Assembly (NCBI GenBank): GCA_028023455.1
Contig: JAQFVV010000003.1
Span: 3,038,001 to 3,102,000, forward strand
Source of the DNA: Epiperipatus broadwayi
Lineage: Eukaryota > Animalia > Onychophora
Direction: 5' to 3'
DNA: 64,000 nucleotides
The translations under genes were made by a program, and so were the position numbers. The number at the start of each line of letters is the position of its first letter. Position 1 is the stretch's first letter. Below the pieces are notes generated by a model. It did not search any database. It saw only the letters and a list, made by a program, of their open reading frames with translations, and was not told where the DNA came from. Positions 54,157-64,000 of the stretch are shown here, one piece after another.

Positions 54157-54477
54157 TCATCTGTTGTTTTTTTCGAATTTTCTGTGTACACATGCTTTTC
54201 TAAGAAAAAGACTTTCTCCATCTTGTAGTGAAATTATAATGCCTTCTTGTTGGAACAGGCTTGATGTAACATGAGCTCCCATTAGTTCAATAGTTAGATT
54301 CATGGTTGCATCATTTATTCCAGTTGAATCTGTATCCACAGTTTGTTCATCCTCCTTTACAATAAAATTTTCATCATCATTTTTTAATTTAACATTAATA
54401 CTATCTAAATCTAAAATTCCCCTTTTATGGTAACATAAATGATTTATACATCTTTTAAACTTTTTTCTGTTATCCAA
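54157..54477 (-). pseudogene. Unidentified coding-like ORF (106 aa)
   Basis: Protein-like composition, unlike the low-complexity chance ORFs; no recognised domain. Confidence 0.25.
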
Positions 54478-57400
54478 ATTTTCCTAATTTCACAATCCAT
54501 AGAGTCATTTAAATTTTCATTTGTAGGCAATAATATATCATACCATTTACAACTTTTTTAAACACTTTATCAATACAGTACTCTTTATTTATATCAAAAG
54601 TAACAGTGCAAGTGTCTCTCCAGCAGCAATCCCTAATAAAGCAACACAGAAGATATTACTCACTAAATGAGTAAACTTCAATTAATAAAGATTTCTATGA
54701 TTTTCCTTTCTTGTTTCACTATCTTGTTGACTACTCATTTACTGACCAATAATTGGATGTCTAGCTTTGTAGCAACATGAAAGAAAACTCTAAGCTTGCT
54801 TGGAAATCATTGGTTATGTAAAATTACTTCCAAGTTTCACTGAGATTCAAATCTTGGATTATGTGATTACAGAGAGATACCTTAACTATTGAACCATGAG
54901 GATCTTTAATAATATATATGCGTGCATACATAAAGCACATATATAATAACGATATTTCTTATTTCAAAAAATACAATTTTAATATCTAATAAAATCATAC
55001 TTTCAAGTTCAAACTAAAAGATGCAATTTATATGTCCACATATAGAAAATGTAAAATCTATGAATAATTTTGACATAAAATAATAATAAATAAAAAGTTT
55101 TATTTTAAAAAAAATAAGGTTGACATACACAAGTTTTCTTACTAATCGTCCAGTACTGACAGTCTCTGCAAGAGAGCACTCCATGGAACCTAGAAAATCC
55201 TTTAAAAAATAGTAATAAGTACTTTTTAAAATGAAAACAATACATATAATTTTAAGAAGTGAGAACTAAAATTAATGCTAAATAAAATTAAATTTAAATC
55301 TTACATCCATATATATAACATGTAAATTTTACCACTCTCTAGTGCAAAGTCAAACCTTCTAATGAAGTTAATCACTATCTAATGTAAAATAAGCAGAAAG
55401 ATCTCTCATACTTCAGGTGTTTCATCTACAATCAATCTTTCTCAGGCATAGTAGATGCATAAATATCTATCAGTTATTATCAGAATAATAGCTGTCAGTA
55501 CTTCTTATATAAATAGAATTATATGATATATTTTATTTGTAAGATATGAATACGTTATCACATGGTTGCATGTTTTCACTTGTGTTTTTCATATATAAAA
55601 GATATAAATATAGTTTTATGCCTTTTTTGAGTGCATAGTAGCATAATAAAATTCTGACATTTTACCTGAATTTCATTGATATTCAGACAAAAACAGTTGC
55701 CAATATAATTTTCTCATTAATAGCAATTAATACTGCTGGAGTAAAATTTAGTTCAAAACATGAATGCAATAATAATAGACTTAACTACATACATGGAAAA
55801 AGAAACGGTAAGCATGTGTATATTTTATTAAAAGGCAAACATAAGTAAGATACCATAATTTCAGTATCATTTAAAAAACAAAGTGAATGAATGCAATAGC
55901 AATAACATTTTTTTAGAAATTCTACTACAATGAGTAAAGATAGTTGTTATTGTAACATCAAAGTGGTCTCAAAAGTACACAGAATGATTTATAATGCAAA
56001 GATTGTATTTCCTTAGAAATCTATTAATACAACTCACTATTAGTTAATAGCCTGGGTGTATTCTACAAATTGTTGCAATGCTCTAACTTCAATTTCCTAC
56101 AAGTTGAATTACTTGAATTCATTCTTCCTTGCTTGGATATATTGTAATCTCTAAATATATAATTTAATTCTATGGCACTGACTTATAGCATATATTTTAT
56201 ATAATAATAAGATTATTAATATATAAAATAATACATATTTTAATAATTAGCAAAATAATGAGAAAATTCTTGTAATATTTTTATTAATACATTAGACTGG
56301 CAAAATCAAGAACTATTTGCATTTCATGCAGGAGAGAAATATACAATGTCTAAAATTTTCTCATAAAAAAGTCTCAAATTCTGTGAAAAATACTGCTAAA
56401 GGATAACAATTTTTCATTCATTTAAACATGCTCTAAGAGAATCAATAATATTTAAATTAGATGATTAATAAAACATTGGTTTGTAATATATAACATTATC
56501 ATATTCTCAATATCCTCTTTTTATTTGCATTTGCTTATTTTATTATATGATCTTATAATTCTTTCTAATCAAATGCTGGAGTATAATACAGTACTACCTT
56601 TGAACTCTTTCTTAATTAACGTATATGTGTCTGTGTGTGAAAATATATTTCAGATTTTCCTGTTTATATCTTTCCTTTATTTTAATATTAGCATTATATG
56701 AACATTTCGGCTGGACTCCATCAAACATTTCTTGGCAGATAATAGAAATCATTCAAGGATATCGAAAGATGCTGAAAAATCTCTGCAAAAATCTCAAAAT
56801 TACATAGATGGCTAATATAATCTAACTGAAAAGTTAGTACTGTGTCCGTGAAAATCCTCATTTTGATATATTACAATGATCAAGGAGGAGATATGAAGAG
56901 AGTACTAAATCAGATAATGCAATGTTTCTCATATTGGCATGCCTTCTCTAGGCATGGAAGCTAATAAATGTCTTAATATGATAGCAAAAATTTAATATAA
57001 GTCATTTAACATTATCCTATTAGCTTTGAATTTGAATGTGGTTTCTAAAGTGATGACTTATGTTGTGGCTCTTGAGATATGTACAATATCCATGAACATC
57101 ATTACATTGGATACCAAATTGATCATATGAGTGTTAAGCAAAACAAAATGCCTCTCATTTGCATATATACATATTAAAATTGTTTTAAAAATTGGTTTAA
57201 AGAATACAAAATTTATAAAAAGAAAAACACCCCATTCTCTTATGACTTATGAGTATTCATCATCACTTCTTTATATGCATTCCTTCTGATCTACTTCATC
57301 TTCCATCCCTGAATCAACTACTCCATTAAGCTTAATATTAAACCAAGTCAAATATTTAGTAAGCAGAAATTCTTTATTGGATAATCTGTCTACAATAAAC

Positions 57401-58924
57401 TTAATAAATACCTTAAGAAAAAGAATGGCACTAATACTGAATTGAATAATAATAATTTTAATAATATTAATATATACAGAATATCCACTTGTAAATGAGT
57501 ATAATGAATCTAACTCCAAGAGAAAAAACTACTGAATTTTTCAAGGAATGTACAAACCAATCTGTGAACTACAAATGCATCCATATGTAGAATATGCTGA
57601 TCTATTTTTCCATTCATTTGATATATTGCAATGTTGTCTTTTAATTTCTTCAACCAAAAACATTTCTTTCTGAAATACTTGAATACTATGTCTAATTGCA
57701 GCTCTCTAACATATTCTATTTTCTGCCATATTTTTTCAATAGAAACAATCAGCATACCATTTCTTTAGAATGTCATTGAGATAATCCTTATAATGTAAAC
57801 TGGTTCTACCTTGCTCAAGTCCAACATAAAACATCCTTTTAGAAAATCTTGTGCTGTTCATTCATTTTGCATCCACCTTCCAGAAAAAGTGTAATTTTAC
57901 AATAGTAGACATAATAATGGCTATGAATATGGAGTAAACCTACTCTGAAAACACTAAGCTAAACACTGTTATTTGTGAAAATTTTTATTAATTTCATCTA
58001 TATATGTTTAAAGCATATTATAACTATTAATATCACATTTAGCAAGGTGAAGAATGTATTGGTTGGTTTTATGAGTTTAATATTTTATATTTTTTAAATT
58101 TTACAGAATATTCTTTGCTTGAATTTGTCATCAGATAGATTAGCTTTAAACTTTATAAGATTCATATAACATTTAGAAATAGTATCATTGGGGGGGGGGG
58201 GTGATAGAGTCCATTAACTGCTGCAATAGTAAAGTTTCTTTAGCTATAAATATGCTTCTTATGAAGTAATTGAGCTGTTCTCTGACAATTATATTTTCTT
58301 ATTACACAAAATGACATTATTTTCTCTGTCATTATACTTCACCAATTTCTGATAAACCAGGAGTAACTTATACCTCATATTATTTAACAACATCACCCTG
58401 GTATGGAAAATACATAAATGCATGTTCATGCATAAAATATTCCCACTGATAAAATAATTTATTGGCTTATTTAAAAAATAGTCAAATATTCATATGAAAT
58501 AAGCCACTGAATAATAATTTATAGCATTTAATTGTAACAATAGTCAATATAAACTATATAACGATTACTTTACTTTTCACTGATATGGTTAAAAGTTTGA
58601 ATAATTCGTAGGCAATTTTTTATTTAACTAGACTTGTTTAAATAATAAGATTTCAATTACATTTTTTCTATTCTAAATCTTGAAATTGAAAACATTTTAG
58701 CATAATCATTTATTTAGGACATGAAATCTAAATTGTAAATTCTCAAAATTTATATACATAATATTAAACATATTCCAATTAATGGATAAATTGTTTAAAT
58801 TCAATTAATTTACTAGTTATTACCAAACAGATGAACTCTAGCTTTCATTATTTTTTACTACAACTCTTTTCATGCTTGTTTTTATTGAAGCTCTGTTTAA
58901 TAAAAGAACATTTATATTCCACTA

Positions 58925-59100
58925 TACTTGGATTCTAAGAGATTGTAAAAGACCCAGAAAGAGATCACATGTGAGATGGATGAATGAAATAAGAAAGTGT
59001 GCAGGGGTGGTGTGGAGAAGAGAAGCTAAAGATCGGAAATGGTTTGAACTTGGAAAGACCTTCATCCTGCAGTGGATTGATAATGGTTGATGATGATGAT
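58925..59100 (+). mobile_element. RTE-clade LINE 3' end
   Basis: W..RDCKRPRKR..VRWMNEIRK.AG..W.R.A.DRKW..LGKTFILQW followed by a (gat)n tail. Confidence 0.85.
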
Positions 59101-59566
59101 ACTATAATTCAAAGGATTTGATAATAACTATTAAATTAGCTAAATTTAAACAATATATTGTTTGAAATATGTATATCATGTAAAATCAACTTAGTGGAAA
59201 ATTTTAATTTTTTCTTTTTAAAATTTACCATAATTTGAGCTAATATTATATAACAGTTATTTGCATTTCTTAATTCAAAATACCTTTGGGGAAAATGTAA
59301 TAAACCCACTCACTGATTAATTAAATATTAAATAAGGGTAAACAAGCATATTCAATGTATTGAAATATTATTTTATTATTCAATATTTTAAAAATAACTA
59401 ATTTAATTTCACATGAAATTATCTATCCTAATATATCTGATTATCATTTATATGTTAAATAAGCTTGTCCTCCCCCCCTAATATGTTTAATAAATATATT
59501 AATAAAACAATAAAATGTTAAATTCATTAAATCTACTGAAAGAGAACATGTTAATATTAACATTAA

Positions 59567-60000
59567 AACAGGCAAAACTCTCCATACAGTAGTGCCACTC
59601 AGTGCAAGCCAGAGTAATCAATGGATGCCAGAAAGCTTGTGCATAAAATCCTTATCTAGTGCCTATTCATCCAATATTCTCAGACTAGTTTCTAGCTTGT
59701 GGCTTTCATCAGTGAGGAGCTTTGGATCTGAAAGCACTGCACCTAGATCTTAGGATCTAAGGCAACCCTCTAGCAGTCACCTTTTATCTCTACTTAACTA
59801 CAAAACTATGAGTTTAAAATTGAAAACACATTAATATTTTCAATCCAAGCTCATTAGCTTATATAGTCATATAGGTCTGAACTCACTTCGGTACCCATAC
59901 ATTTTGGTGTCTTTGGTTTTTTAATGACCACTACTGTATGGAGAGTTTTGCCTGTTTTAATAACAGTTATGAGCAAGCATAAGAACTGGTAATCATGTGA
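59567..60000. mobile_element. Family A fold-back copy with HHR (59679-59716, -)
   Basis: ctca-CTGATGA-aagccacaagcta-GAAA-ctag-TC-tgag. TSD taatattaacattaa at 59552-59566 and 60001-60015. Confidence 0.9.
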
Positions 60001-62884
60001 TAATATTAACATTAAGAGAAAAGTGATTTAGTAGAATTTTTTTTTGTCATAATAATTCTTTCTTTATAAAATAATTGAAAACTTATACAATTTTTTTATT
60101 TCATAAAGATACTTTTTTCTTGGACAATCAATAACAATTTTTGTAGACAATCATAAAATAATGTTTGCTTCCAAACAATTAGAATAGTATATTGAAATGA
60201 TATAGTTTGATCATTCAGCAAGATTAATAAAGTCATGATTAATTTTAAAAGATATAAAATCATCATTTATAACTGTCAGACCTTTTAATTCAGGCAGAGA
60301 TTCATGGTTTTCAAATGGTACCAGAGTATACCCTACAACCAGGAAGCAAAATTATTTTTCTACAGATACATCTTTGAATAACTAACTTTTCAGTTTCAAT
60401 TAAAATTACGTCAGAAAAACTTAACATGTTAAAAATTTGTTTAAGATATTAAAAAATTATCTTAATCTCTTTAACTGTATAATACAAAAAAATAAGGAGA
60501 AAAACAAAATCTTACTTCTTTGAAATAAAACATATTTATCATTTTAGTAATCAAATGTAATCTTGTGTTAAGATTTATAGAGGTCCTTATTGTCACATCT
60601 AGGTGCATAGTCTTAAGGTTATAGCCTTAATTTATATTACTTACATAATGAGTATGCGCCTAACAAATTATTAATTACAACTTTAATTAATTAAAGTAAA
60701 ATCTAACTTGCAAATATAAATTAAACTTATGAGAAAATTTTTCTGTTATGTTAGCAAATATAATATATGCTTGCATGTAAAAACACCTATGTATAATTTA
60801 TTTGTATATTTGCGCAAAATATTATTAAATATTGTTTTCATAGTTCTGTTCATTTACTTTTCAGTCTATAACCATAAAACAAATGACTAAATTTGTAGTC
60901 ATATTTTTGATATCTCAAGCTAATCTTAAATTACAGAAATAAAAATTTTCATATATTTAATTCCACATTTTAATTTCCTTTCTTTTCTTGTGGTTATTAT
61001 TTTTTAAATCTAATCATATACACATATTATCACTATAAAAATAATCTTATTTATATATGCAATTAAAATTTACATATGATAGCAAATATTATATAACTTA
61101 AATTTTCACACAAGTTGAGTTATCAATACAGAGTGTATTTTGAATTCACTTTGTCCTCAAATCCTACATAATTTGTTAGTGAGAGATTGCCATACTCAAA
61201 TTAAGACTTAGAAAAGTATTATCAAAATTTATTTAAATGGAAGCTTGTTAATTTATTTCTTGTATGGAAACTTCATCTATAGTTTTTGTCTACAATATTA
61301 GAAATTATATCTATGGTGAAGCCATGGTATTTAGGAGTCTATGGCAATATTAAATAGAAATAATCTTATAATATTATCAATTTTTTAAAGCAAATTTTGT
61401 AATATTAGCAATTTTTTCTTTTACTTCATAATATTAAAAAAAAAAATGTTAGTAGAATATTTTGCAATAAATATATTTTTAATAATGCTAGTGGAAAAAT
61501 CCAATATTTTTAAAAAGTTTTATCTATTGAATAAGGAAGGTTTCAATGACATTGTTACTTTTTTTTTTTTTTTTTGCTTTAGTTTTGAGAAATTTATTTT
61601 TTTCTCAATTGTCCTGCTTTTGGTATTGATACTCTTCAATACGGAACACTTACATGCAATATTATAATTTCTAACTTTGCAGCAATATAAGTAAATGCAG
61701 GTTTAAAGGTACATCTAAAGAGACTAGTGCAATATTATGTTAAGCCTTTATTTGCATTAAACATTATGATTGTGAAGAAGGAAATCAACCTACAGTCATG
61801 GTAAGAGTGAATTCAGCACAAAAGCTTTCCAGTCAGTAGCAACAGTTAAATCATATTACAATAATACTTTTTATTTTTATATGTAGCTACTCAGATGAAC
61901 ATGGATTTCTATCTTATGTTTACAAATAGCTACATTCATTTATCAATAATTAATGACCTATATACAAACTATCTATTTAAAAATTCCTCAACTTGTTTGT
62001 GATCTGAAAAAATGTTAAAGTTCATTTGATCAGAATTCAATGGCTGAGTAATGATCAAGACAAATAGAGTGCTAAGCATTAAACCATAAACTCTAGCATA
62101 ACATAATAAATTAGTTACAGTATTTGCATTACTAAAACCTGAATATAATATCTAAAATGATACCAAGAATGAAAATCATAAACATGTAATAATTATCAAG
62201 CATCAATAAACAAATATATCATTATCAGTCTAAGTAAGTACATTATGGCAAAAAACAGAATTTTACAAATATAACAATTTCTTTGATTAGCAATCATTTT
62301 TATACAGTTCAATAAAGTTTATAAAATGAAACAAAAATTTTCACCTAAATTTAGAAAATAATGTTGGGCAAATGTTCTCATGTTCAATTTTGCAAAAATA
62401 ATATAGTTCTGTATTTTCTATAACACTCCAAAGATTCCAATTGTATTAATCCAAATTCTGCATGAATATTGTCCTTAATTAACTAATGGACTGTTTGAGG
62501 ATAGGTGATAAATGGGGAGCCTTTAAAGGTATTGTATTTATGTATACAATCATGGTATACAAAAATGCATAACATAAAATGTATCATGCAAGTGCTATTT
62601 ACTTAAAAGTCATTGTTGATGTAAAATAAAACAATGTCTTGTTCTATAATTGTAACTACTTTCAAATCAGGAAATCAATATTCATATCCTAAAAGAAATG
62701 AAATATAACTTTTCCATGTGCATTAAAATTTTTCAGTGCATTATATAATAAAGATTAATAAGCTTAGATGATTTCCATCTCATGCAAAATAAAAAGTAAA
62801 TCAGTTTTTAAATAACTCATTATTTAGCAGAAGTCCCTCTAACAAACTTAGAATAGTGAAAATGAAGGCATTATTTATCTAATA

Positions 62885-62897
62885 TGCCACCTGCTGG
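62885..62897 (+). promoter_or_regulatory. CTCF-like motif
   Basis: tgccacctgctgg fits the YGCCMYCTRSTGG consensus; single short motif only. Confidence 0.25.
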
Positions 62898-63601
62898 ATG
62901 GTGAGGGTTTGAGAGCTTTACTATCCTTGTTTCACTCTCTAATTAGAATAACTAAATATTCATTTACAAACCAATTGTATGAAAATCTTGTGAAAGGAAA
63001 TGAATCTTCACTCATGCTTTATTGGATTGATGTATTAAATTTATGCCAATACCTAATGACTGTGCTTAACTCGGGATTTGTTCTTATGTTCTTATTATAA
63101 GCCTGATATTTTAATTGACAAATTATTTGCACAAATTTAGTTTATATATATATCACATGAAAGAAAAAGTTTGTCACTTTTAAACACTTACAACTTTCAC
63201 GTGTGCTATTGCATTGATATATTAAATTTACATACACTCACCCATCAATAAATGTTTTAAAAGCATAATTCAATATGCTTAAGGTTTATTCTTATATAAA
63301 CCAACACCTATTGATCATGTTTAAATCAGGACTGAATCTGATATTTCAATTGACAAATTATTTGTACAAATTTAGATTATATATCACAAGAAAGAAAAAG
63401 TTTCTTATTTTTAAATACATACAACTTTTGAATTATATTAGTCTGAACACATATAAATAAATAATTTAGTGATTTATATATATGTAAATCTTATGGAAGG
63501 AAATAAAATTTTACACATGCACTATTAAATGTTTATAGTCTGGCTATCTGAAAAAAACATTTCTATGCCTGAATAAAATCTGAAAAAAAATCATTTTATC
63601 T

Positions 63602-63665
63602 GAACTGGATTCAAATTCCAGGTCATGGTTATGTCAGGCAAATGAGTTACCACTACACTATAACC
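63602..63665 (-). pseudogene. Degenerate tRNA(Val-like)-derived sequence
   Basis: Reverse strand reads ggttatagtgtagtggt...tttgcctgacat...gaatttgaatcc. Confidence 0.45.
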
Positions 63666-64000
63666 TAGTATATAGTAATAATTAAATAATGATCTGAATA
63701 AATCATTAGATCCTCAGAATAAGACTTAAAAAATAAACAGAAAAAAAAGTGCGTTTTAAAGTTGTAATTTACAGTACTTGTAAATTAACTGTCACTTACA
63801 TGATCAGCCAAATTAGAACTGTTGCTGTCCACATCATAGCTGAAAAGTAAAAATATAAAATCAAATTAGTAGATATTTTCAAAAAATATTTAATAAAAAC
63901 ATAATTATTATTTCAGTCATCAGTTTAAAAGTTTAAATGCTTCAAGAATATGAAAATTCAGAAAATTTTGTTTGCAAATATTAGCGTATTAATACATATG

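Noticed and set aside
56040-56150. Variant genetic code (TAA/TAG read as Gln)
   Set aside because: Too few cases; C>T decay explains them, and the PLE ORFs end in ordinary TAA.

Overview
This is very AT-rich, CpG-depleted eukaryotic genomic DNA, probably from an invertebrate animal (taxon not determinable). It is dominated by mobile-element relics, and I could not confidently identify an intact host gene. Recognisable relics: two Penelope-like element (PLE) insertions with inverted pLTRs, decayed LINEs, two Ty3/Gypsy gag relics with LTR-like repeats, a hAT MITE, tRNA-derived SINE-like copies and an eIF4H-like processed pseudogene. The unexpected signal is at least four families (A-D) of short non-coding elements. 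They carry minimal type I hammerhead ribozyme (HHR) motifs with family-specific palindromic stem III. They sit as tail-outward fold-backs like the PLE insertions, and most are flanked by 9-15 bp target-site duplications (TSDs). Some also carry tRNA-like Pol III boxes or show tandem monomers of about 420-455 bp. I infer a diverse set of PLE-mobilised retrozyme/SINE hybrids. Two small CpG-retaining islands may mark host promoters. All alignments and folds were done by eye, so coordinates are approximate to a few bp.
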